Assembly (NCBI GenBank): GCA_024137785.1
Contig: JAHRHZ010000083.1
Span: 1,319,308-1,383,307 of the forward strand
Source: Ginglymostoma cirratum
Lineage: Eukaryota
DNA length: 64,000 nt
Direction of reading: 5' to 3'
Below are positions 38,937-50,420 of this stretch, piece by piece. The position numbers and the translations under genes were made by a program. The notes below the pieces were generated by a model that did no database searches, was not told the origin of the DNA, and worked only from the letters and a program-made list of their open reading frames with translations. Each line of letters begins with the position of its first letter. The first letter of the stretch is position 1.

Positions 38937-39700
38937 TGTTATGACCTTAGCCAGTGGTAATACTGGACAAGTCAGATCCCAGAATGAAACGCAACTCAAT
39001 ACATCTATGTTAAATTATGTAGTTGGTAATGAGGTGGTTAGGACTGAAACATATTCATACAAAGCTGCACATTTTCTTTAACAACAGAACATAAGTTCAT
39101 TACATAAAAATGAAAAATGAACAAAGCTCTAAATTGAAAACAGATCTTAACACACATCAAAATAAAGTTTCAAGTTGTTTTCCCAACACTGTCTTCTGCA
39201 GAGACTCCCTTCCAAAGAAATATCAGTTTTTAGTTTTTTTGGATTTTGCACTTAATTGCCTTTCCACTGTTCCCTTTTCTTGAACTATGGAAACAGCTTT
39301 GCAGTTCCTTTCCGTCTCTGCTGACATGAACCGTTCACAATTCTGATGGCCTAAACTGTTTCAGTTCTGACAATTTGAAGATCTATCTGTATTCTCCTAG
39401 TTTGGAAGCCCTATAGACTAGAAATCATTTCTGCTGAAGTGACTCTTTCCCTATCAATGACCTGATTTATCTTCTGTCTTAAATTCTGGATTCTTCTGAA
39501 TTAAAAGCTTAGGTCCATTGAACTAAAACCTTTTGAGAGTTGAATTTACCAGAAATCAGTTGAGTGCCACTTTGGAGAGTTTTGTGGAGGCTTCCTCTCA
39601 TCAAACCTTAACGAATCACCTCCTGCTACCTTCCCAAGCTCACCTCTATATTACATCTTATGGTGCCCTGATCATCAAATTCTCCCATTTGAGACAGGTA
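38937..39700 (-). mobile_element. LTR-like element related to 28285-29057 (right boundary uncertain)
   Basis: tgttatgaccttagccagtggtaatactggacaagtcagatc resembles the reverse complement of 29010-29057. Confidence 0.35.
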
Positions 39701-41780
39701 AACTGGCCACTGGTACGACCTTCTGGATTCTTGGCATTGGTGCCATCTCTGAAGCCCAGCCATATACCCACTCAAGTAGTTTGCAGCTGCCATGCATGGT
39801 TCCTGTCAATTGTCCAGGATATGTCAGAGAGAGGAAGATTGGAACCTTGCTTGCTAGTGGGGTCCTGGAGGCTCTCGTGGGCAGAGGTGTGTGCAGTCAC
39901 TGACAATAGAGCATGTTTTAACCTGTTAATGATGGGTTTCCAAGATGGAGAACCATAAGAACAAGCAAAGAGCTGGAGTTGTTCTGACTTTCTTGTCGGG
40001 AATTGTTGCTGTTTTGTTTCTGTCCAGCACATGAGAGAATGGGTAACTGCGTATTAATGAGATGAGTATGCATGCATGCAAATAGATCACGCTGTTTACT
40101 AGCAAGAATCTTGTTTTGTCATCCCATGCTTGGTTGGAAAATTAAACATCTTGCTGTCGACATCAGGGGTCTCTTCAATGCCACTATCAACGAATCTCCC
40201 AACTTTTTGCCATTAGCCACATTGTTTATTGGTTATGAAGGTTCCACCTTGAATCCTCAGTTCTAAATCTACACTCATTGTCTTAATGAGTTTACTCTGC
40301 TGTCATAAATATAAGCATAAGTGTAATTTAATGCAGTATAAACATTTAATCTATTATCCACAAGGGTCTGCTGGGCTGTTAATTGGAGTCATATGTATTC
40401 TTGGAAAAGGTTTATTTGGGTCACCATCCAAATGACTTCTTGACCTTTCCCAAAAAAATCTTTAAGAATAACGAAAGTCCATCTCCTTCTATTTTTAAAA
40501 CCCAAGCTCAAAAAGATGTTATTTATTCCAACTGGGGAAAAAATATTTTGTCTTTACTATGGCTGTGAGCCCGCTGTCAGTTTGGTCCTTGCAGCATCAA
40601 AACCTGTAACTCCTCCTTAATCCTGTAAATCGTACACATTTAGATTCAGTGAGTTGTCTTGATATGATTACGAGGTTTCCGTAGTTCATCTGCACTGTTA
40701 AAAACCTGTGTCCCAGTTTAGTTGTGAACTGAGCTTAAAGTTGTTCGAGTAAAGTGGTTTACTTTTGAAGAGAATAACTGACTTTGCAAAATTAGTAATG
40801 TCTTTGGATTATTAGATACTTTTTTATTCATGGGCAATGTTAAAGATGACCTTATCTCATGCTCGCTTGAAAGATTTATTGTTGAAGAGTTCATAGTCGC
40901 TGCTATTGTTATAACCATCTTGCAGCTTTTACAGGGAAATGCACCAATGATACTTTATATCTGCTTTTCCCAGTAAGGTTTCCCATATATTTTGTTCTTC
41001 CTTTCTTCCTTAGTTAACATAGCTCAGGTGGTTATGCTTAATTTGATTATATAAATGCCTGCATCTTTTTATCTATGACCTCTGTGTAAATGCTCATTTA
41101 TGACCAAAGGAAAGCATTCATGTGTGTTTAGATGTGGAAGTTGAAGTTACTTCCTTTTTTTATTTCTCCTGCATTCCTACAACCCTATTTTTAAATTTTT
41201 TTACATATACTTCACATTTTCTTTATCTTCTGTGATGTTGTCCCTTTGCCATCCCCCCTCCCCCACATCCACTCTCATTTCTTCATTTTTATTTTGTTGT
41301 CTTAAAACCATTAATGTGACAAATTGAATATAGTTCTAGACAAGCTGCTTTCCATAACAATTCCAGGGGTTCATGTAAGCAAATTTCACTCAGTTAGCAG
41401 CAGTGACTAAAGCTTAACACTCAGCTGTCCAAAAATATGAGCGTGACTAATACCTTGTATAACTCTGTAAATTGAACCTGAATCTCTAAACAAGATAATA
41501 GGCGTTAGTACTGCAAAACACAACCTGTGAAAATCTCTCAATACTAAAATGAATGAACAGCTGTTTTAGTAGGGCTTTGTCCAGCTAGCTAGGTTTTTAG
41601 CCATTCGTGGTCAATGGGCGGAAAATCTAACCCAGTAAATTTATGAAAGATCTGCTTTTGAAGGATGCATGGGTAATTTTACTGAACGTTGCCTCAGACT
41701 CTCTCATGACATTTTGTACTCTGGTCTCCTTAGGGGATGAAGTTTTGCATTTGTCATTTTTTTAAAGTCATCTGTAAAAG

Positions 41781-42207
41781 TTATATTTATGTGGCCTCCT
41801 GTCTCAATCTCAGAGTATCTCAAAGCTATTCACAGCTAATAAAGTACTTCTATGGTGTAAGGTTATAATTTGGAGAAATCTGCCAGCCAATACACACTCT
41901 GAAATGCCATGGACTATGAGATACATCACCAAATAATTTGTCTTTGATCATGTTAGTTGAACAGTAAATATTAATCAGGACTTATAGAGCACTCCTTTCC
42001 TCTTCAAAAACTGCAATGAATTTTTTTAATGTCTCTCAGAGAGTTTAGATGGAACCTTCAATTAATGTATCATCTGAATAACAGTATCTGTAACAGCGAG
42101 TATCCTCACTTTTGCAATTTAGTATCAACTTAGATTATGTGCTCAAGTCTCAATGGAGCTTGAACTCGTTGTTTGCTGGCTCAGAGATTAGCGTTGAACT
42201 GAAGCCA
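41781..42207 (-). mobile_element. Decayed, near full-length Deu-type SINE
   Basis: caaagctattcacagctaataaagtacttc...tgccagccaat...ggagcttgaactc (B box, reverse)...aactgaagcca (A box, reverse). Confidence 0.55.
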
Positions 42208-43729
42208 TTACTTGTAGATGTAATTCAGAATGAGATTCCAATGCTGTGTTTGTGTGTGTTCCCTGAGAGAGGAAACTGACATTCTCAAGGATACTGATGT
42301 TCATTCTGATCAGCATAAGATGATCCAATTTTTCTTTGCTTTTGAGTATGAAAACAGAACTATTTTACTTTATCTCATACAAACCTCTTTTTGATGTGCC
42401 TTTCTTTCTGAAGGGCATTTTATAAGTACTTCATTTTATTTTCTTGCCTCTGTGAAGAGTGAGCTGTAAAACACCAACAATGACATTAGTGGATTTTTTT
42501 TTTCCATTTTGATTACTTTAGGTGATGCTCATCAGACAGCAATGTTTATCTAGATCCGTAGTGTGAAGGTGGTGGTGAACGTCATCCCTTGAACCACAGC
42601 AGTTCCTGTGCTGCTGATTGTTTTCCACAAAGATGCTTAATAATGTAAGAGCATTAAAGTATGTCCATCAGGACAGGTTGAGAGAAGAATTTGGAGCTTA
42701 TGGGATTCTCATGAATTTATGCTACTTTTCCTGCACACTGATAAAACTCAAGGATCTTAGAGCTATTATCAAAAGTGCAGTATACCCTGGAGTTATACTG
42801 TAGCTGCAGTATTCTAGTGAGGAACTGGGGATGGAATCCACCATGACGGATATTCATTAACTCAATTTCTTTTACCGAGACTTTTCAATTCTTGATTTAA
42901 TATTCCACCTATTCAGAAGAGAGCATTCCATCTGACTCCTGATTGGAATCATGTAATGTGTTAATGCTGTTTGTGTTACTTTTGCATTTGGAGTATTTTT
43001 TCCATCCTAGGCTATATCAGCCATGTAGACTGAAAGCTCTGACAACCTGGTTAGACCCCGTCCAGCTGTTCACTGGTGGGGCTTCCGTTTTCTGTCCTAT
43101 ATCTTTATCTTCTATTTAGAGTGAAGCTGGCCATGAAGATTATTTAAAACCCATTGTCAAGGCAGCTGACTACAGAGCCTCTCAGAACATACTTATTTGG
43201 GTATTAGTGTCCCAGTGTATTGCCACACCTTTATCTCAATTAAAGTCTACAGTTTTTGGTTTCTTAATTTTTAAAAAGCGATTTGTGTACGGTCAGAAAT
43301 GAATTCAACCCAAAAGCCTTATCTGTCACCTCATTACCTAGTGGAAGCAACAAGGCTTCAATATTCGTGAGCTTTAAAATGTATTAGAAGTATTCTGCCT
43401 CTGTAGTAATTAAAGCTTTGCTTCCAGTCAGAAATGTTATAGAAATGTTTAAATGGTAAAAGATTTTCAATCATGTTGATTGAATGAGACATTATTTATA
43501 TGCAACTTCAGGCACATATCAAAACCGTGGGCAGTGATAGGGAATGGATAAAATGCATATGTTCTTTTTACATCTGCTTCCTCTCTTGCAGATGTTTGAA
43601 TGGTGTTTGTTAATTTTATCATAATTGAGTATTTCCTTGTGTTCAGGTAGTGGGCATTAAAATAGGTGCTGGCTGATAGAAATTATTTAGTGGGTTAGGA
43701 GGTAGATTTTAGTTGTGCACCTCTCTAAC

Positions 43730-44335
43730 TGGATGGAATTTAAAAACGAGGAGGTTATGCTGCGATTGTATAGGGTACTGGTGAGGCCACGCTTGGAGTA
43801 CTGTGTGCAGTTTTGGTCCCCTTACTTAAGAAGGCACTTGGACAGGGTGCAGAAAGAGGTTCACTCGGTTGATTCCAGGGTTGAGAGGGGTGGTTTATGA
43901 GAAGAGATTAAGTAGACTGGGACTATACTCATTGGAATTTAGAAGAATGAGGGCTGATTTATAGAAACACAAAATTATAAAGGGAGTAGTTAAGATAGAA
44001 GCAGGAAGGTTGCTTTCACTGGCGGGTAACTCGACCTAGGGGCCATAGACTCAATATGAGGGGGTGCAGATTTCGGACTGAGTTGAGGAGGAGCTTCTCC
44101 CAAAGGTTGTGAATCTGTGGAATTCCATGCCCAGTGAAGCAGTTGAGGCCACCTTGTTGAATGTTTTGAGGCAAAGATAGATGTCTGAACCCTAAAGGAA
44201 TTAAGGTTTACGGCGAGCGGGTAGGTAAATGGAGCTGAGTCCACGAAAAAGATCAGCCATGATCTTATTGAAAGGCTGCGCAGGCTTGAGGGGCCAGATG
44301 GCATACTCTTGCTCCTATTTCTGAAGTTCTGATGT
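43730..44335 (+). mobile_element. CR1 LINE 3' fragment
   Basis: ORF 43715..43900 peptide EFKNEEVMLRLYRVLVRPRLEYCVQFWSPYLR. 3' UTR agatcagccatgatcttattgaa...ttctgatgtt. Confidence 0.9.
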
Positions 44336-46041
44336 TTTTAAATAAAAAGCCAGCAAGTGTAGAAAGATTGGACTTCAGTTCTACCTTTCACTAGCTGACT
44401 TATCTCGAATTGAACTCTAAAAGCCTTTCAGTAGTATTTTTTGTCTATCCAGTGTATATGTGTAGGCAACTAACTCTGGAGTCACTGCAGTTGAGCTTCA
44501 TCCCAATTGTATTTGATTTCCACGCATTCATATTCATTAGTTTCTATTATTTACATCATAGAACCCAAGAGGAGGGCATTTACTCTATCATGCCTGTACC
44601 AGCTCACTGAAGAGCTCTCCAATTATTTTCCCTGTTATCCACTTAGTCCCAGTCTTCTGTTATCCAGTTAATTTCATTCCCCTCTTCCTTCCACCCGGCA
44701 CTTCAGATTGGTTGTTTTAAAATGTATATCTAATCTCCTTTTAAAAGCCACTATTAAATCTGTTACTACCAGCCTTTCAGGCAATGCATTTAGGTAACCA
44801 CTATAAAAGAAAACAAGTTTTCTCATTCCTCTTCCGATTTTTTGCGAATAATCTTAAATCTGTTGACTTTAAGAATTTTATATGGTTTCACTTTACCGGA
44901 GGACACCTTAAAATGTATATTGCATTAATTCACAGTGGTTCATAAGCACCAAATAAATTTGAATGCTGACAAACCACTTCCCATCAATCTGTATCAATTT
45001 GAATTACTGCCGATACTACGTACAGAGATTAGAAATTCTTAAAATAAAACTAGCCAAGTAGGCCACAACACTGCTTTTCAACAGCAGTTTGTATTTTCTT
45101 TGGAAATAATATTTTTGCAGTGATTTTATCTTGAAGTTGTTATGTAGAAATAATCGTGCAGTTCTGCAATTTGAGCTCTATTACAATTCTTTTGTTTAAG
45201 CTTGATTCTTTTTCTCTTCCTTTTGTTATTTACATTGACGTGCTCGCACTCCATAAACTATTTGCAGTCAGACAGATAATCTGTTTTTAACCTTTCAGCA
45301 TTATTCCTGCAAAATTGTCTTAGATGTTCCAGATAAACTTGTTTTGTTTTCTGTAACTCTTCCAGTTGCCACATGGTGGCTGAGATTGGGAACTTGATAC
45401 AGGTCAACTTGGAGGCACAGATGATTGCCATGTTACTGATAGAGCAACAATATGCCCCAGTATTAATCCAATGCTTTTTATAAAACAATTTACACATGAT
45501 TACCTTGCCCTCATGCAAATTCTTTCATTGGTGCAAATGCTTAAAATCAATAGTTATGAAATCTCCCAAGTTTTATTTATTAATAGATCTATCACACATC
45601 ATCTTCCGCCATTCAAACTCAAGTTTTTTTTGTAGAATTGACATAACTGTCAACAAATACAGGACAGCATTTGAACACAATATTTTGTGTGACAATATTG
45701 AAAATGTTAAGTGCTATAGTATAGTGGTTTGCCTTTGTATTAGCAAACTTCATTCCATTCTTTATTTCTATAATCCAGAACGTGTATTGTGATGTGTATC
45801 CATGATGTGTATTTTGCCTCCTTTCCAGCTGCTATAAAACACTGTGTAATTCCTATATTTTATGAAATTTGAAGTATCTATACATTTTATACCTGCGCTG
45901 TTCTATCAATGACTTCTTGTTTGTGTGCCTGTATGAATTTTACTTTCTTTACCTGGTTTAAAAATGCATTTCTTTATACTCTGAGCTGTTGCAAATTGAG
46001 CCCGAACCTCATTTTAATCTCCCTCTTGCTTTCTCTCCAAG

Positions 46042-46252
46042 GAAATTCTGGGAAAGCTTCATTGATATCTGTCATGAGAACAACAGTCTCCATGGCATTA
46101 CATTTGAGCAAATCAAGGCACAGCTGGAGGCACTTGAGTTGAAGAAGACGTATGTCCTTAATCCTCTAGCTCCAGAATTCATCCCGAGAGCGCTCCGACT
46201 TCAGCAGCCAGCAAATCCTAACAAACAGCAACAGCAGCCATCCCCACCTAAG
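46042..46252 (+). CDS. HELZ: HELZ internal exon: end of helicase domain and PAM2 motif
   Basis: Boundaries ttctctccaag|GAAATTC ... CCTAAG|gtacag. 211 nt. Peptide [70 protein letters not shown]. Confidence 0.95.
46151..46186 (+). other. HELZ: PAM2 (PABP MLLE-binding) motif overlapping an LxxLAP motif
   Basis: [12 protein letters not shown] fits the PAM2 consensus xxLNxxAxEFxP. LNPLAP fits LxxLAP. Confidence 0.9.
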
Positions 46253-47074
46253 GTACAGTGACTCTTTTTGAAAATGTTTCTTCTTGGCTTTTGAGTTTGA
46301 GCTCAAAGTTCACATTTTATTTAAATGTCAGTTTAACTCGATGCCCCTGGTATTTGTAGGTGTATTTAAATTCCTAGTGACATAAATTGGTATCTCATGT
46401 CAAAATCTGACAGAATACAGCTTCTGCCCACACATGCGGTTTACCAATTGAGCCTGATTTTCCTATCCCAACCCTCCAAATGGAGGCTTTGAAAGGAAGT
46501 GAGGCATTTTCCTAGAGGCAGAAGAAAGTGGAGGCCATGTCAGCTCAACCATCACGTAATAGCCAATTCAAAAGGACGAGGGTAATCTTCTTTAAGGCAA
46601 CTTGGTTAGAAATGGATTAACTGATAGTAATTAACACAAGTTATCAATAATAGGGCATTTCAGTTTGGTAATGGCTAAACTTCCTTGGACTGAGGAGACC
46701 ATTCTGCAAGTTCTTTGAGTCTGCTGTCATGAACCTTTCACAATTCTGATAGTGTAAGCTTTTCATTTCTAATAACATTTTCTGTCCAAACTGTCCTGGC
46801 TTAGAAGCTGTACACACTAAGCGTGATTGGTTTCCCTGAACTAAAAATGCGATTCTCTTGCTCCAGAAAACCATTCTCTCTTCTGAACTGAGACCTTGAA
46901 CCTTCAGTTCTTGCATTGAAACTAAACTAAACAAATCTCCTCTAAAACATTAAACTAGTGGCTTTCTGATCCATTGTAAATTCCGCAATATAAAGATTCC
47001 ATTCATTAACACTGGCTTTGTTCTCCCAGGTATTTGACTACAGTCACACATTTTCTGGATTGATGCAGTTAATT

Positions 47075-47412
47075 TTATTTTTTTCTTTATTCATGCACGG
47101 AAGGGTGTCACTGGCTAGGTAGCATTTATTGCATTACCAGAGTCAGCCACACTGCTGTGGGTCTGGAGTCACATGTAGGCCAGCCCAGGTAAGGATGACC
47201 GTTTCCTTCCCTAAAGGGCATGAGTGAACCGGATGGGTTTTTCCAACAATAGACAATGGATTCATAGTCGTCATTAGATTCTTAATTCCAGATATTTATT
47301 GAATTCAAATTCCACCATTTGCCGTGGTGGGATTTGAACCTGGATCCCCAAAGTATTATCTGAGTCTCTGGATTAACAGCCCAGCAATAATACCACTCGG
47401 CTATCGCCTCCC
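47075..47412 (-). mobile_element. Full-length SINE family A copy
   Basis: Minus strand begins gggaggcgatagccgagtggtattattg...ggttcaaatccc and ends aataaatgctacctagccagtgac followed by an A-rich tail. Confidence 0.8.
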
Positions 47413-47612
47413 CAGTCTCTGTAATGAAGACCATGAAACCATTGTCGATTGTCAGAAAAATCCTTCTAGCTCATTAGTGGAAAAGAAGCTGCCATCTTTA
47501 CCTGATCTGGTCAACATGTGGCTGCAGAACCACAGCAATGTGGTTGACTCATCTTGGTACTTATGGCAATAAATGCTGGCCTAGCCAACAAAGTCCACAT
47601 CTCCTGAATGAA
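47413..47612 (+). mobile_element. 3' half of a SINE family A copy, abutting the previous copy in inverted orientation
   Basis: gaccatgaaaccattgtcgattgtc...cacagcaatgtggttgactc...ggcaataaatgctggcctagcc...tgaatgaat. Confidence 0.75.
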
Positions 47613-47724
47613 TGTTCAATTAACTAAATTTCAAGTAAAATTAAAGACAAAAATCTCTTGGGTTTCTGACGTAATGTGTTGACAGGTTTGTGACTCAACA
47701 GATTGTACAGGGCTGAGTATATTT

Positions 47725-47830
47725 GTTTCTGTGCATTACAGCAGTAACTATATTTCAAATCTGCTCCACTGCTCATAACGAAATTTGAGACATCCTGAGT
47801 TAATAAAAGGCACTACATAACAGCAAATCT
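47725..47830 (+). mobile_element. Deu-type SINE tail fragment
   Basis: cattacagcagtaactatatttcaaa...ttgagacatcctgagttaataaaaggcactacata. Confidence 0.45.
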
Positions 47831-49859
47831 TTTCATTTTATTTATTCGTTTTCTTATTGTAATATAAGGCTTTTAATCTGCTCACGTTCAAATGTTAACG
47901 TCAGTTCATTCAGCTGTTTGCATGACAGCATGTATGCAGGAACTGTTATGAAAATCCGAAGAAGGGCTGTTGAAACTATGCCTCCAGAGCTTTATTAAAT
48001 TCTGAGATTGCCTGGTAAATTTGTACTACTTTTCTTCACCGCTTTGTCCTATTTTTAATTTCTTAAGCCTGGAGATTTGCACAGAACTGTTGATTTCATT
48101 AGTTGAACTATTTGTAAATAGTGGTTTACCCTCAACTTTGTTAACAATATCACTTTGACCTTTTAAAAGTTCATGTTAGAGTCAACAGTTATTTTAAAAC
48201 ATCAGTTCAGTTATCTGAATATTTTCCTTGGGTCTTTTTAGCTTTTCATCCATTCCCTATGCTCTGTACATTCACCTAACCAAAACCTTTGAGCAGTGAA
48301 CATCACCTCCTTATTTGCTTGCTACACCACGTCACTTCAATATCCACTCCTTCCAGTTTTTGATGTGGTTTAGTGACCACAGGAGTTAAGATTTGAATCG
48401 TGTGGCCAATTAGCCTCTGTGACTGACTTTTCTTCCTAATCATTATTCTGTACACTGCCTTACAGTGCTTCAGGCCCAGCATTTTGAAATTTATCTTTTC
48501 CTGACTTTCACCCTTTTTGTGTCCTAAATGGTGACTCATCCAATGGTCATTAAGCACCTGCTAGTCACCTGTCCAATTTATGATTCTATCAGAAAATGTT
48601 TTATTCCTTTATTAGATCCATAAATGTAAGACAGTCACTAATAAATCCAGTAACAACTTCAGAGGCAACTTCTTTACCTTGTGAGTGGTGAGAATGTGAT
48701 ACTTGCTACCACAGGGACTAGCTGAAGGGAATAAGATCAATGAGAACCTAAGTACGTGAGGGAGCTAGGAATGTAAGGTTAGTGGGTTAATGAATCTCAT
48801 GTGGATCATAAAAAATCGATACAGACCAATTGTAACAATGGTCTGTTTTAATACTAAGGTTTTATATAACAAATGGAGCTTACAACAGAGCTGAGTCAGG
48901 TTGAAACCCAGATTGGTGACTGAGCAATTACCCAAGACGCACAAAACACAATACCCCAGCCCTAGAGGCTGGGGTGAGCCAATTGTATGCAGGCAATGTC
49001 TTTGCTGAGATCAATTAATTCAGCACATACTCAAGTAAAGCATGGTTGTCCTTTTTCGTTTCCTGAGAGTTTGTACTAAAATACAGTGCATTCAGTCACT
49101 TAGAGCAAATTCAACGTACGCGAGCTGGAAAATATCATTCCTTTAATTGATAGGTTTGTAGATCATACATGCCAGATATCAAATGATGGTTGTTGAAGTT
49201 GATGGCCATCTAGAAAGAACAATAATTTTAAAACCTAAGGTTTGGATTCTGATACTCTAAATATTAGAACTAAATATTCTAACTTTATAATGTAAACTTT
49301 AATGTCCACGTTTGAGTGCATTGAGTTTTCCTTCACTTAAGATGTATCTCGTCTGTTACACTTGTTGCTTTCAGTAATCTTAATGAAGAGTTTTTATTCA
49401 TTCAACAAGCAGAATAAATAATACTATTTCTTCTATTTCTTTTTCTTATCCATTTTTTATCCACTTTTTATCCACTTAAGAAGTTAAAAGCTTTTTTTTT
49501 TTTCAAAGCTTGAAAGCACAATGAGGACATGCTAACAATAACCATTCCTGCATAATCAAAATGTTTCATGAAAAAGTTAGAATTAGAGACGATTAGGGAA
49601 GGTGACCAAGACTGTGACCTAACACTGTTGGGGGTGTTTGAAAATGGAGATTGATTTATTGCTGTAAAATAAAGACGCAATAGGTCAAAGTTGCGAAAAC
49701 AAAATATTGATTGAAATGTACAATGCAAGTTATAAAATCCACAAAGTGGAAGAGGGAAGCCAAATCTTGGAATAGAAATTTGAGCTGGTGGCAGATCAGG
49801 AGGCCACATTCTTCTCTTAAACGTTATTCGCTGAGGTGAATGTGAAGGGCATGTGGGAT

Positions 49860-50420
49860 GACTGAATGATTTTTATTGTCACGTGCACTTTATAGTGTGA
49901 AATACAATAAAACGTACAGACAACTTTTCTTTCGGTGTCATGATAATTGTGCCACTTTGATGGTTTTAAAAAAAGAGAAAAATGAAAAGATATAGCTTAA
50001 AGAGAAACCCATCTACATTTGAATTCTGAGCTGGCCTACAGCCACCACTGCTTTGCCCCTGTCTATGCCAGACCGAACTAATGTCGAAGTTGCCGATCCT
50101 CAGATGCCATCTTTTACCATTGGGCCAATTCACCTCTGCCACTGCCTTGCTGCCACCTGCGCCAGATCCACCAAAGTTGGAGTTGCATATCTCACCACGT
50201 CCCACTTCGTCAATGTTGCCATGATGCACGTCTGCCACCACTAGACCCAAACAACAACAAAGTCACTGATGTTCAGGCACGTCTTTCACCACTGGCCTAT
50301 GTCACTGATGTTATCTATGCTGATGCAGCGACTGCTGATTCCAGAGTCCTGTGCTCGCCCCCAAAATGTAAGTAAGGGCCCACACTCCTCCATGCTGGAC
50401 TCGCAAAACAAAAAATCCAA
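49860..50420 (-). mobile_element. GC-rich non-coding retroelement with Rex-like tail
   Basis: ttttattgtcacgtgcac is the reverse of a gtgcacgtgacaataaa tail. Architecture resembles 27778-28224. Confidence 0.4.

Noticed and set aside
39533-39958. Longest ORF in the track (141 aa)
   Set aside because: Non-ATG start, no recognisable domain, and it overlaps LTR-like sequence.
45258-45792. Overlapping ORFs upstream of the PAM2 exon as an extra exon or transposase
   Set aside because: The HELZ frame already joins 26636 to 46042 exactly, and no motif was recognised.
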